Of a stretch of 64,000 nt of DNA, positions 19,601 to 29,749 are shown piece by piece. A model generated the notes under the pieces. The model was not told the origin of the DNA and searched no databases. It was given only the letters and a program-made list of their open reading frames with translations. The translations under genes were made by a program, and so were the position numbers. Position 1 is the first letter of the stretch; each line of letters starts with the position of its first letter. This DNA is from an uncultured virus (IMG/VR IMGVR_UViG_3300042290_000472) (lineage: Duplodnaviria; Heunggongvirae; Uroviricota; Caudoviricetes): the IMG/VR virus record IMGVR_UViG_3300042290_000472, one strand, 5' to 3'.

Positions 19601-21457
19601 TTACGCCATGTTGGCAATTGCCAGATCGGCCAGACCGGAGCCTACAACTCCGCCTGCTTTTTTCCCAAAAGCGCTGCCACTCCCAAAAGCGCCTAACGCT
19701 GCTGCACCAAGCCCCACTAGCTGGTTGGTTGTTGAAGCGGGTTGCTGGTACTGGTACAGGCTCGACTGCCCCAAACCGGCAGTACCGCGCAGCATGTCCG
19801 ACATGAATCCCATCTGCCTGTACGGCAAGTTTTCTTGGTTCAGGTAGTCTTGGTACTGGTTGTTCAGACCGGACTGAATGGCCCCTTGCTGCTGCGTACC
19901 GAACTGGTTTTGCAAGCCGATGTTGCCCATGTTTATGTTGGATATGTTTTGGCCGAGCTGCCCCAGCTGCCCCGCCCCTTGCATAGCTGCTTGCAAACTT
20001 TGCAACCCAAAACCCGCGCCGTACTGCGCCGACTGCTCACGCAACTGAGCGGCGTTCTGCATCGCTTGTTGGTTGGCCAACTGCGCTTGCATGCTGTTCT
20101 GTGCGCCCAACAGCTGCGTGTTTTGCAACGCCTGCAAGTTCTGTTGACCAACATTCATCCCTGCTGCTTGGTTGGCCAGAGCAGCCTGCATTGCTTGCTG
20201 CGAATTCATGCCTTGCGTCTGCAAGTATGCCGCCATGTTTTGAACGCCCGCTTGTTGGGCGTTGTTTAGGTTGGCCAGCCCGGTTTGCATGCCGATGTTT
20301 GCGCCGAGTTGTTGCGTGTTCTGGAGTGCACCTAAATTTTCACGACCTACCGTCAGACTTGCTTGCTGGTTGGCCAACGCCGCCTGTAACGCGGCTTGCT
20401 GGTTCATACCGCCTGCTTGAAGGTACGCGGCCATGTTCTGAACACCTGCTTGCTGCTCCGTGTTTAAATTGGCCAAAGCGGACTGCAAACCGGTCTGCGT
20501 GCCCAGCTGTTGTGTGCTCAAGAGCGACTGAAGATTTTGTCCACCAACGGTTAAGCCCGCCTGCTGATTGGCTTGATTTGCTGCAAGCGCCCGCGCCTGA
20601 TCTGCGTTGAATTGCTGCTGCGCTTGTTGATACGCGCTCTGCAGCCCGGTCGCTTGAATGTCGCCCATTTGTGTGGACAGGTTACGCTGTGCTTCAGCGT
20701 TTTCAATTGCCTGACGTGCGCCACCAAAAGCGCCTGCGCCAGCAAACTTCGCCCCGCGTTGCGTGGCGGCAATACCTGCTTGGCGCTGCGCTTCGCGCTG
20801 TTGAATGTCCACGACGTTTTGCATGTACGGGGACATGTATGCGCCCGCCGCGCCGGGCTGAGCAAAGGACTGTGTGCGCACATCTTGCGCAGGGCCCATC
20901 TGGTAGTTGCGCAGGTTGGGGTCAAACTGCATCCGTGCGGCAGTCATCGTAGGTGTACCAACACGGTCAGCAGTGACGCTTGGGGCGGCACCCATCTGGT
21001 AGTTGCGCAGCATCGGGTCGTAGTCCATCTGCGCGCCACTCATCGTGGGAGCGATGTTCTCCCGAGAGTAGACTTGCTGAGCAGGCCCCATCTGAAAGCG
21101 TTCCAACTGGGGTGCGGTAGCCATCCCCGCTTGGTAGTTTGTCGGGTTGTACGCGCTCTGGCCTGCGCGTGTGGCAGCCAACTTTGTAATCTGCGAAGCA
21201 TCGTACATTTGCTCGGGCACGCGCAGCTGGCCAGCAGCGTCATACGACTGCCGCTGCAACGGTGTGAATTGTGCTACTCGCTCGCCTTGATACGGCCGAT
21301 AAGGTTGAAACCCCTTGATGATGGGCATCCCTTGAGCGTCAACGCCTTCGGTGCGGTAGATGCTTGCTGCGCCTTGGCCAAGCAAGTCCTCGACATACCG
21401 CTTGGCGTAGTCGGGGATTGTGGTCTGCGTTTGTTGAACGATTTGCGGTTCAGCCAT
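19601..21457 (-). CDS. Gln/Ala-rich internal virion (DNA-transfer/ejection) protein
   Basis: 618 aa; YMSPYMQNVVD and GAGAFGGARQ motifs; internal repeats; located among ejection genes. Confidence 0.65.
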   Translation of the reverse strand: MAEPQIVQQTQTTIPDYAKRYVEDLLGQGAASIYRTEGVDAQGMPIIKGFQPYRPYQGERVAQFTPLQRQSYDAAGQLRVPEQMYDASQITKLAATRAGQSAYNPTNYQAGMATAPQLERFQMGPAQQVYSRENIAPTMSGAQMDYDPMLRNYQMGAAPSVTADRVGTPTMTAARMQFDPNLRNYQMGPAQDVRTQSFAQPGAAGAYMSPYMQNVVDIQQREAQRQAGIAATQRGAKFAGAGAFGGARQAIENAEAQRNLSTQMGDIQATGLQSAYQQAQQQFNADQARALAANQANQQAGLTVGGQNLQSLLSTQQLGTQTGLQSALANLNTEQQAGVQNMAAYLQAGGMNQQAALQAALANQQASLTVGRENLGALQNTQQLGANIGMQTGLANLNNAQQAGVQNMAAYLQTQGMNSQQAMQAALANQAAGMNVGQQNLQALQNTQLLGAQNSMQAQLANQQAMQNAAQLREQSAQYGAGFGLQSLQAAMQGAGQLGQLGQNISNINMGNIGLQNQFGTQQQGAIQSGLNNQYQDYLNQENLPYRQMGFMSDMLRGTAGLGQSSLYQYQQPASTTNQLVGLGAAALGAFGSGSAFGKKAGGVVGSGLADLAIANMA

Positions 21458-21466
21458 GTCGTTTCC

Positions 21467-24034
21467 TTAAGCGGGGAGGTATTGATCTGCGCGGCTGTTT
21501 GTCGCTACGCTGTTTGCGCCAGTGGTTTGGCCTCGGGCACGCTGCACCCGATCCATCATGGTGTACAGCTTGCGTGCTCCCGACTCGGTTGAGCCGTTGC
21601 CCAGTTCCGAAACAATACGCGCTGGCACCACAAACTCGCCGTCTGCAAGGCGTGCAGGCTGTTTGTCGCCAATTGTCGCAGGGATGCTGTCAGACACGCC
21701 GTCACCGGGCCCGCGAAGCAAACGTCCGCCATCAGAGTACCCGCCAAGGTTGTACTCCGCCTGACCGCCAAGCGCGTAGCCGGGAATAAAGCCGCCTTGG
21801 GCGTATCCGCCAGCGTCGTTGTTGTTCGCTTGAATGTCGCGCACTCGCTGGAACGCACCATCCCAGTACCATTCTTTGCCGGGGCCGGGAGAAATAGGTC
21901 GTCCCATGGAGTCCGTCGGCGGTACGTTCGCGCTGACTTGGTACGTGTACGTGTGCGCGCCGTCGGCGCTCTTTTCGTAAATAGTTCCGTCCGCGCCTAC
22001 AGTAGCGCTTGAAACGCCTGTAGCGGCTGTAGCGGATTTAAGCGGGTTTGTGCTTGGTGCAGCAGCACTACCGGAAGTGTTGCGGTAATTTGCAAAAGCA
22101 GACGGGTTGATTGTTGAAGCGTTTACTTGCGGCGCAGAAGCTTGCGATTGCGCTCCGCGCCCAATCAATCTTTGGTACGCGGCCAACGACTCGCCTGTCA
22201 TTGCGTCTTCAGCGGCAATCAGCCGAGATTCAGGCAGACGCGTAATTGGCGTGTTCTGGTAATCGAACGGACGTATTGCTGCCGCGCCAGCCGACCCGCC
22301 ACCACCAACGGGCATAGAGGGCATTGTTGGCGCAGCCGTTGCTGTGATCGCTGGGGGCGCAGTTGAAGTCAGTGGCACCGCCGCAGCTTGCTGCGTGTAG
22401 AGTTGCGAAGGCGTGATGGACGCCACAGGGCGAGCAGCCATCGTCGATGTGATTGCTGGCGGTGTGGTTGGTGTCAGGGGTGCAATCTGCTCTCCGCGCA
22501 CACTGTACGTAGACGGCGTGATGGTGGTCGTTGGCCTGCCCGCTTCAGTCGATGTGATCTCAGGGGGTGTTGTCGGCGTAAACGGCATGGCTGTTGTCGG
22601 CGCTGCGGCTGATCCGGCGGTGCCTTTCAAGGCACTCAGCCTGTCAAGCAACTGTCGGGCCGATGCTTGCCGTTCTTGTTCAGACGCATCCGTTGCAATG
22701 GCATTCATCCAGTATTTTTGCAAATTGGGGTCCGTTGCTATGCCAGACGCGTTTATTTTCTCGTCGTACTTACTGCCGCCGGAAATACTGCGAAGCGGGT
22801 CGCTGCTTAAATTGACGCTTGCGCCATACTGGTTGAACGCGTCCATTAGCCCTTTATCCAACAACACGCGTTCCAACCCCTGCGCGCGGTCGTTGACAGC
22901 GTTGCGGCCGATGCCTTGTGCGCGGGCACTCTCGTTCACTTCGCTCAGTGGTCGGTAAACAATGTCGCTTATGCCGCCGCTTGCTGTTTTTGGTGCTGTG
23001 GCTGCGGGCAGCGACCCAAGCCCTGACGCCACTGTTTGAAGGGCATTGGACTGGTAGTTACCGCCCCACCCAAGTTGTGTCTGAAGTTGTTGCGCTTTGG
23101 CCGGGTCGTTGGCAACAATGTTCCGCCAACTAGCTCCCAAGCCAGCCTTGTCAAAATCAAAAAGCGCTTCGGTCGGCACGCCACGGGCCATGTTCGCCCG
23201 CATCTTTTCTTGGGTGTCGTACGTGAGCGCATTGTTTATGCCGCCATCCGCAAACGCAACCACGCCGCCACCTGCCAGACCCTTGGCCTCAACGGAGCCC
23301 AGTGACTTGAGCCCTTTTGTTTCGGGGTCAAATTCGTAGGGGCGGTAGTACGCTGTACTTGGCGTGTAGCCGGGCATACTGGTGGCCGTTTCGACAGCTT
23401 GATCGGCAAGCACAGGTGATGCCGCCATCATCCCTGCTTGCAGTGTTTTGCCAAGCCCGCCCATGCCTTGCGCAAAAGCCGATGGGTCTTTGGCCACTGC
23501 CCCAATACCCTGCATAAAGCGCTCGCCTGCGCCCAGTGCTGCTGTGGCACCTTCCATACCCAGATAGTTTTTGGTCGCGGCAGCGGCAGCTTCGTTCATA
23601 GCCGCCTGCGAAGCTCCTTCACCCAGACCTGAAATTGCCGCCTGTTGTGCCGCACCGGCCCCTGCACCCGCAACACCTGCGCTGAGTTGCGCCCCGCCGT
23701 ACGCGCCGAGGCCTGCCATCAAACCTTTGGACAAGCTGCCGCTGGACAGCGCAGTGACGCCGCCTACAGTCAAACCTGCCATAGCGGACGACATCAGCCC
23801 AAACCCGGCGGGGCCCAACGCAAAACCAGCAATGGCTGGGAGCGCGGCTTTCAGGATTTTCTTGAGGGAGAACATCTCCGGCAGCCCCGTCAAAGGGTTG
23901 ATCGTGACGTTCTCTCCGTGCGCCAGCGCAAGCGCGTGAAGACCTCGAACTTCGCTGGGGGCCATGTGCACCAGCATAGAGTCGCCGTTGCGACCTTTGG
24001 TGGCCATATCTTGGGCAAGGGCATGTAGGCTCAT
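21467..24034 (-). CDS. internal virion protein with conserved termini and a low-complexity middle
   Basis: N-terminal GRNGDSMLVHM..TINPLTGLPE; C-terminal GPGDGVSDSIPA..RLADGEFVVPA; Pro/Thr repeats centrally. Confidence 0.65.
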   Translation of the reverse strand: MSLHALAQDMATKGRNGDSMLVHMAPSEVRGLHALALAHGENVTINPLTGLPEMFSLKKILKAALPAIAGFALGPAGFGLMSSAMAGLTVGGVTALSSGSLSKGLMAGLGAYGGAQLSAGVAGAGAGAAQQAAISGLGEGASQAAMNEAAAAATKNYLGMEGATAALGAGERFMQGIGAVAKDPSAFAQGMGGLGKTLQAGMMAASPVLADQAVETATSMPGYTPSTAYYRPYEFDPETKGLKSLGSVEAKGLAGGGVVAFADGGINNALTYDTQEKMRANMARGVPTEALFDFDKAGLGASWRNIVANDPAKAQQLQTQLGWGGNYQSNALQTVASGLGSLPAATAPKTASGGISDIVYRPLSEVNESARAQGIGRNAVNDRAQGLERVLLDKGLMDAFNQYGASVNLSSDPLRSISGGSKYDEKINASGIATDPNLQKYWMNAIATDASEQERQASARQLLDRLSALKGTAGSAAAPTTAMPFTPTTPPEITSTEAGRPTTTITPSTYSVRGEQIAPLTPTTPPAITSTMAARPVASITPSQLYTQQAAAVPLTSTAPPAITATAAPTMPSMPVGGGGSAGAAAIRPFDYQNTPITRLPESRLIAAEDAMTGESLAAYQRLIGRGAQSQASAPQVNASTINPSAFANYRNTSGSAAAPSTNPLKSATAATGVSSATVGADGTIYEKSADGAHTYTYQVSANVPPTDSMGRPISPGPGKEWYWDGAFQRVRDIQANNNDAGGYAQGGFIPGYALGGQAEYNLGGYSDGGRLLRGPGDGVSDSIPATIGDKQPARLADGEFVVPARIVSELGNGSTESGARKLYTMMDRVQRARGQTTGANSVATNSRADQYLPA

Positions 24035-24035
24035 G

Positions 24036-24344
24036 TCAAACCTTTATTTTCAAAACTTGGGTTGCGCTGTCGTAGTAGACCGCCCCTACACGAAGGTCAG
24101 CGTACTCCGCGTCGCTTGGCAGGTCGACCACAAATGCCCCGGGGGTAGTGGGATCAGGCCTTGCAAAATTCAGTCCTGATATTACCGTGGTGGGCGTGCG
24201 TTGGGTAGACCCGGCCATCGGGCCCGGGGAAGTAAGCTGGTTGAAGAACAGGCGCAGCACATTGGCCAGCCTGTCCATGTATTGACGATTGTATTCCTCG
24301 GGTGCCAGCGGCAGGTTGGGCGGGGTCGTGTTCAGTTGGGCCAT
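24036..24344 (-). CDS. hypothetical virion protein
   Basis: About 102 aa, tightly packed in the virion operon. Confidence 0.65.
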   Translation of the reverse strand: MAQLNTTPPNLPLAPEEYNRQYMDRLANVLRLFFNQLTSPGPMAGSTQRTPTTVISGLNFARPDPTTPGAFVVDLPSDAEYADLRVGAVYYDSATQVLKIKV

Positions 24345-24346
24345 TG

Positions 24347-26206
24347 TCAACGTCTCCCGTCAGCCCGAATATCAATCCGGGGTGCACCAAGCTGCCACGT
24401 CGTGCCCACTTGGTTTGAGTCGATCTTGAAGATCATCTGGCGTCCACGCACGCGGGTGTAAATCTGCCCGGTGAACTCCTCTGTGATCACGTAGGTGCTG
24501 CCCTTGATTACGTTCTGGCCAGCAGACGCTGTGACCCCCGAGCCCGAGTTTGTGAGCCCCTGCAGCGTCATCGTGACCTGCGGCGTGGGGGAAGCTGCGG
24601 ACCCGCCAAACGTCAAGTCCGGGAGCACCCGCCAGACAAACCCAAAATTGTGGCCGTCCCCAATGTCAAACTCGGAGGACGAGATGTTGGCCGCAATTGG
24701 TGCAGGTGTAGCTGTGGAGCTATCATCAACCCCACTCTCGTGGTTGACAATGTTGTTGATGTACGTCGCAGCAATCGGGTATGGCTGCAGGCCCGTGTCC
24801 AGCCATGCGGTGCGCCCCAGCGTGCCGTAGTACCAGATTTTTTCGAGGTAGTTGTAGATGACGTACTTGTCCACCACGGTGGACCCTGCGGAGCAGTAGA
24901 ACCACCAGACCTCGTTAAAACCCTCATTGGTGCCCGAAAACACCTGCGCGGCTTGGTCTTGGTTGAAGTCCTCAAACACGTAGCGGCGCAAGTCGCAGTT
25001 GAGCGTCTGCACCCGGCCATCGTACATGTAGAACTTGTCCACACCCATCCAGTACACCACGCCGGAAGCCAGCGCCACGGCGCTGGGGCCCATGATTGAA
25101 ATGTTGTCTCCGAGCAACTGCGTGCCCCACACAAAGGGTGGCCCAAGGTATTGGAGGGAGTACAGCGCCTGATCGGTGAACGTGACAATCTCCTGCCGGG
25201 TCTGGATGGCCGTGACGATCTTCGAACCGTGCGACAGACGTACGCTGCCCGCTTGGTTGGTAATGGCGGGGGTCCACGTAAAAGGGTCCTCCTGCTCCGA
25301 CCAACGGATCAGCATGGGGTCAATCGTTGACGCGCCGTAGTCGTTGGTGCCAAAGACGATCACAAAACGAGAAGCGTCCGACACCAAAAGGTGGTTCTGA
25401 AACAGTGGCGTGTCTGCGTCTCCTGACACCGTCAGGTTGACTCCCCGGACAGTAACCCCCGCCGATGCGTCCCAGTAGTAAACGCCGCCGCCGCGCGGCC
25501 CGAAGATCAAATCCTCGCCAAAATTGAACTGGCTCCACAACTGCAACGGGATCGGGTCCGACGTGCCAGTGCCCCACCCGCCTGTGCCCCACCCGCCTGC
25601 GCCCCACCCAACCAGCGGCACTTCGTACTCGGGGCCTGTGTTGAGCTGGTACGCCGCAACAACGGCCGCGCCGCCGCCGGGAGAGCCCGACACGTCTGTG
25701 GCGTTGGCCGTGGCCGAGACGGTGATGGTGTAGGTGTTGGCATCCACTACGGTGACTTGGTGCTCTGCGTTCAGCACGCCCGCCGTGATGTTGCCGCCAA
25801 GGCCCACAGCACCGCTGAAGGTCACGAAGTCCCCGGTGAGGCAGCCGTGCGCGGTATCCGTGACTGTGATGACGCTGGAGCCCAGTGTGGCCACAAACGG
25901 GTTGTTGTTGATGGTGGGCGAGCCTCGCAGCGGCGTGATGTCGTAGTACTGCCCACCCAAATTGATGTAGAACTTCAAGTTGGTGCCCACGCCCAACAGG
26001 TTGGCCCCGCCAAGGGTGATCCAGTTCCACAACGACCGGCAAACGCCCAGATACGTGAACGCGCTGAAACGCGTCCAGCCGCCAATTTTCTCGGGATTAC
26101 CCTGACGGAACCGGATTTTGTCGCACTCGTACCACCCGCCTTCGGTGGTGTAACGGGTGTTTTCCCGGTTGACCCCCGGCTTGAACAGTATCTTCTGAAG
26201 CGGCAT
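24347..26206 (-). CDS. tail tubular/nozzle-like (DNA stabilisation) protein
   Basis: 619 aa, beta-rich with IRWS and YWMG..KFY repeats; podovirus-type position upstream of ejection proteins. Confidence 0.6.
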   Translation of the reverse strand: MPLQKILFKPGVNRENTRYTTEGGWYECDKIRFRQGNPEKIGGWTRFSAFTYLGVCRSLWNWITLGGANLLGVGTNLKFYINLGGQYYDITPLRGSPTINNNPFVATLGSSVITVTDTAHGCLTGDFVTFSGAVGLGGNITAGVLNAEHQVTVVDANTYTITVSATANATDVSGSPGGGAAVVAAYQLNTGPEYEVPLVGWGAGGWGTGGWGTGTSDPIPLQLWSQFNFGEDLIFGPRGGGVYYWDASAGVTVRGVNLTVSGDADTPLFQNHLLVSDASRFVIVFGTNDYGASTIDPMLIRWSEQEDPFTWTPAITNQAGSVRLSHGSKIVTAIQTRQEIVTFTDQALYSLQYLGPPFVWGTQLLGDNISIMGPSAVALASGVVYWMGVDKFYMYDGRVQTLNCDLRRYVFEDFNQDQAAQVFSGTNEGFNEVWWFYCSAGSTVVDKYVIYNYLEKIWYYGTLGRTAWLDTGLQPYPIAATYINNIVNHESGVDDSSTATPAPIAANISSSEFDIGDGHNFGFVWRVLPDLTFGGSAASPTPQVTMTLQGLTNSGSGVTASAGQNVIKGSTYVITEEFTGQIYTRVRGRQMIFKIDSNQVGTTWQLGAPRIDIRADGRR

Positions 26207-26214
26207 TGTTTACC

Positions 26215-26727
26215 TCATGCGGTCATGGATGAGGCTGTGTCTTGGACTTCCGCCACACGGCGGCTCCAGCCTTTGCCAAATGTACCCCAGTGTTGCAAGT
26301 CCATCAAGAACGACAGGCGGCGCTTGGCGTAGTCTTCGACCAGCACCGCCGCATCAAACCCGTCCACAGCGGCCAGCGTCTTGGGGCCAATACCGCCATC
26401 AGGCTCGACGCCGACACACGACTGCAGCCACTTGGCCGCGCGGCCCGGGCCACTGTTCACGGCAGCATCAAAGACGGCGTAGTCCACACCCGCAGGCAGG
26501 TCGTCGCCCTTGATCTTGTCCCAGTACTTGGCCTTGTACATCGGGCCGACCAACTCGGGTGTCAGGGCGCGCATGGCCTTTTCGTCAACCTCGTGGCCGA
26601 CCCACTCCTCCCAGACCTTCTTGGTCACGCCAAGGTTGGTCATGCCGCCCGGGTCTGCGGGGTGGTTCACAAACCCGCCTTCGTGGTGGAGGATGGCTTT
26701 GAGTGCTGCGTCAAAGTTGTCTTTCAT
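26215..26727 (-). CDS. endolysin, glycoside hydrolase family 108
   Basis: HEGGFVNHPADPGGMTNLGVT, FDAAVNSG, DGGIGPKTL and FGKGWSRR motifs. Confidence 0.93.
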   Translation of the reverse strand: MKDNFDAALKAILHHEGGFVNHPADPGGMTNLGVTKKVWEEWVGHEVDEKAMRALTPELVGPMYKAKYWDKIKGDDLPAGVDYAVFDAAVNSGPGRAAKWLQSCVGVEPDGGIGPKTLAAVDGFDAAVLVEDYAKRRLSFLMDLQHWGTFGKGWSRRVAEVQDTASSMTA

Positions 26728-27134
26728 TTTTTACCCCGCATGTCTGCAAGTTTCTCAACTGTCCGGCCACCGAAGTAGGCCAAGAAAATGATCTGCCCCC
26801 ACTGGCCCAACAGTTGCACGTAGGACTCCTGTGCGTTGTACCCGTAGGCAGACATCATGGTGAACACGAAATAGGCCACGAAGATGGCAATCAGCGCCAT
26901 GGGCCGGATGTTCTTGGACAGCCACGAGTCGCTACCCATGTCGGAACGCCAGCGCTCGGTGATGGATGTCTGCTCAATCTCGAACAGCTTGGTGTCGTTG
27001 GCCATCTTGGCCAGCTCACCGTCTTGCGCCATCTTGGCCAGATCAAGCTGCGCCTTAGCCTTGGCCTCGGGATCGGGAATAAGTTTGTCGATGAGCTTGC
27101 CGCCCACCTCAAGCAGTGCTGTCAATGGAAACAT
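26724..27134 (-). CDS. putative holin (3TM holin-like family)
   Basis: Start MFPLTALL at 27134; IDKLIPDP, SWLSKNIRP, two hydrophobic helices, YFGGRTVEK; adjacent to endolysin. Confidence 0.7.
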   Translation of the reverse strand: MFPLTALLEVGGKLIDKLIPDPEAKAKAQLDLAKMAQDGELAKMANDTKLFEIEQTSITERWRSDMGSDSWLSKNIRPMALIAIFVAYFVFTMMSAYGYNAQESYVQLLGQWGQIIFLAYFGGRTVEKLADMRGKK

Positions 27135-27135
27135 A

Positions 27136-27564
27136 TCAAGCTCCTTTGGATGTGGTGATTGAGTCGTCGCCCTTGGCAACCGTTACCTTGTCGCCTTCCA
27201 CAGTAACCCGCATCGGAGGCTCTTTGCGGTCCAGACGATCCAGCTTGTCGATCAGGTTCTTGATGACCTCAAACTCGGGCTTTTCCTGCTTGGGTGCTGT
27301 GCCCGCTATGCCGTTGAGCATGGAGATCAAAGCCGTGAGAGCAGCGCCCAACAAGCCCATCACCGCAGCAATCTTGTCGTTGTCCAGCACAATGGAAGCG
27401 CCCACCCCGATGGTGATGATCAGGGTGATGTAGAACAGCCCCCCCTCACCGATAGCCTTGCCCGCGACTTCCTTGGCTGAGTTCTCGGCGTGCAGCCTGT
27501 TCAACTCAACCTGCGCCTGAGCTTTGATCACGGCCAACTCGTGCTTTAAATTTTGTTCATCCAT
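27136..27564 (-). CDS. two-TM membrane protein in lysis cassette
   Basis: Two hydrophobic segments (LFYITLIITIGVGASIV; IAAVMGLLGAALTALISML). Confidence 0.7.
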   Translation of the reverse strand: MDEQNLKHELAVIKAQAQVELNRLHAENSAKEVAGKAIGEGGLFYITLIITIGVGASIVLDNDKIAAVMGLLGAALTALISMLNGIAGTAPKQEKPEFEVIKNLIDKLDRLDRKEPPMRVTVEGDKVTVAKGDDSITTSKGA

Positions 27565-27652
27565 AAAAACTCCAGATTAAAACGCGGGAGCACCACACCG
27601 CCAGCCCAACAAGAAGGGCCGCTGCACAGAATGCTACGGCCCAGTCTTTCAT
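27557..27652 (-). CDS. 31-aa single-TM peptide (not in ORF track)
   Basis: MKDWAVAFCAAALLVGLAVWCSRVLIWSFYG*; ATGA overlap with the upstream gene and overlap with the downstream start. Confidence 0.55.
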   Translation of the reverse strand: MKDWAVAFCAAALLVGLAVWCSRVLIWSFYG

Positions 27653-28248
27653 GGCACCGTGGCGGGTGTGGTTGTGTTGGTCGTTGTGGTGTTGGTGCTG
27701 GTCACCACAGTTGGAGTAGCCGTATTGTCAGTAATGCCGCCACCAGCAAGGCGACCACTGTTGCCAGAGTTTGACCCACTGTTTGCTCCTATGCTGTACG
27801 AACCTGCGCCAATTACACCATTGCCGCCGATGGTTGTCACGTTGGCCGCTGGCGCTTGAATCTGCGAGGCGATGCCAACAAACGCTGCGTTGGTGCTGAT
27901 GCCCAGAGCCGTGGCGTTATCGGACTGGCGCATACCCAAGCGGGTCTGCTTGTTGACGCTGTAGATTTGCCCAAAGGTTGGCAGCAACAGGCCCGTCCAC
28001 TGCAGGGCGTAGTCAGCCCAGCTCTTGGGTGCATTGATCTGCGTGTTCTGTTGGGCGCTGCCCATCTGCAAAGACATGACAGCAGCAACTTTGGCCGTGG
28101 TGTCACCTTGCCGAGCGATGTCAGCAAGAGCCTGATACCGGGCTGTCTGGGCCGCTGCTTGGGCCTTGTGCGCGTCAGCGTATGCTTGGTACTCGGCGGT
28201 GGCGCAGCCTGTCAAAGACAGGGCGCAGAGGATGGCAAGTATTCTCAT
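27649..28248 (-). CDS. lipoprotein (possible spanin-like or exclusion protein)
   Basis: Signal peptide MRILAILCALSLTG-C with lipobox; heads the lysis cassette. Confidence 0.7.
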   Translation of the reverse strand: MRILAILCALSLTGCATAEYQAYADAHKAQAAAQTARYQALADIARQGDTTAKVAAVMSLQMGSAQQNTQINAPKSWADYALQWTGLLLPTFGQIYSVNKQTRLGMRQSDNATALGISTNAAFVGIASQIQAPAANVTTIGGNGVIGAGSYSIGANSGSNSGNSGRLAGGGITDNTATPTVVTSTNTTTTNTTTPATVP

Positions 28249-28257
28249 GGCTACTCC

Positions 28258-29748
28258 TTATGGGTGGGAAAGCTTGTACGCGTCGAACTCGGCTTTAAGT
28301 TCTTGGATGGCTTGAACCAGCACGGGGATGAGTGACTGGTCGTTGAAGCGCAACTTCTCGTCGTCTTCGGCATCGACAATAACAGGGGTGTCGCCTTCCA
28401 GCGCCAATACTTCCTGTGCCTTGAAACCGTAACGCAGCGGGCCGTGGCCTTCGGTTGCTTCACGGTCGATCTTGTAGCGGTAGGCTGTGGGCTTGAGACC
28501 AAGCACGAAAGCCAAGCCGTGCGGGACCGGAGCAAAGTCTGTTTTGTCCCGTGCGTCAGAGACAACAGTCCACGCAACTTGCACATAGGCGTTGGTCACC
28601 GCAGTGGTGCCCATGCTGATGCGATCGTTCTGGTTGGTGATGGCAAAGACCGGCGAGATAGCCGACCCACTGGTTAAACCCCCAACGGCAATGTTGCCCG
28701 CACCCGTTGTGACCGCACGCATTGACGCACGGCCGATTGCCGTGTTGTTGGATGCTGTGGTGCCCGTGTACATTGCGTCGTACCCAATGGCGACGTTGCT
28801 GTTGCCTTCCGTGATGGAGTACAACGATTGGAAACCCCATGCTGTGTTGTATCCGGCAGTGGTGGCTGTGAACATCGACGCGTAGCCGCCAGCGGTGTTC
28901 TGCGGAGCAGAGGTGCTGGACCACAGCACTTGGTAACCAACGGCGGTGTTCGAGCTACCGTTACCGTTAAACGCTGCTTGATGCCCAATAGCGGTGTTAC
29001 CGCTGGCCGTGGTTAGGTTTTGCATTGATTGCTGGCCAACAGCAGTGTTGAACGTGCCCGAAGTAACACCGTTCAGCGCCAGATAGCCAAACGCTTGGTA
29101 CCCACCCGAAGTGTCTTGCTTGCCGTACACGGTGCCCACCGCTGAAGGTGTGGCCACTGCGGGCGTTGTCGAAATGTTGCCAGACCCCAGCAGGCTGGTG
29201 CTGTTGATGGTTTTGATGTTTGTGCCGGACACCAACGTCTCTTGCGCCGACAGCGCTGTGCGTGCGTTTGCTGCTGTGGTAGAACCCGTGCCCCCAGATG
29301 TGATGGGCAGTGCTGTGCTCAGCGCCAGCGAGGTCAGGAACGTGACCTGAGCCCCAACGTCCGTGCCGTTGTTGTACACCACTGTGCGCGTGCCAGCAGG
29401 GACTGCCACCCCAGTTTGGCCAGACACCTTGACCGTCACCGTGTAGCTCGATCCGTTGATGATCAGGTATGGCTTCTGAATGGCGGGAACATTCACCGTG
29501 CCTGCAGCCGACACCGCGCCAGCGTCGATGTTCAAGCACAGAGCCCGGGCATCCTGCGCAGCGTTGGTGTTGGACAGCGTCAGGGTTGCCACGTTGGCCG
29601 TGAAGTCTGCGGCTTCCAGAGTGGCCATGCCCACGATGGCCTGCTCGATGGCGGTTCCAATGTTGGCGTTGGTCGTGGTGCCCCAGACGCCTGACTGCTC
29701 ACCGTTGCCGATCAGCTCGAACTTGAGGTTGGAGAATGTGCTGGACAT
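28258..29748 (-). CDS. tail fibre/spike with C-terminal intramolecular chaperone (peptidase S74-like)
   Basis: NTAVG/NVAIG repeats, then SDARDK...YGFKAQ...AIQELKAE. Confidence 0.85.
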   Translation of the reverse strand: MSSTFSNLKFELIGNGEQSGVWGTTTNANIGTAIEQAIVGMATLEAADFTANVATLTLSNTNAAQDARALCLNIDAGAVSAAGTVNVPAIQKPYLIINGSSYTVTVKVSGQTGVAVPAGTRTVVYNNGTDVGAQVTFLTSLALSTALPITSGGTGSTTAANARTALSAQETLVSGTNIKTINSTSLLGSGNISTTPAVATPSAVGTVYGKQDTSGGYQAFGYLALNGVTSGTFNTAVGQQSMQNLTTASGNTAIGHQAAFNGNGSSNTAVGYQVLWSSTSAPQNTAGGYASMFTATTAGYNTAWGFQSLYSITEGNSNVAIGYDAMYTGTTASNNTAIGRASMRAVTTGAGNIAVGGLTSGSAISPVFAITNQNDRISMGTTAVTNAYVQVAWTVVSDARDKTDFAPVPHGLAFVLGLKPTAYRYKIDREATEGHGPLRYGFKAQEVLALEGDTPVIVDAEDDEKLRFNDQSLIPVLVQAIQELKAEFDAYKLSHP

Positions 29749-29749
29749 G

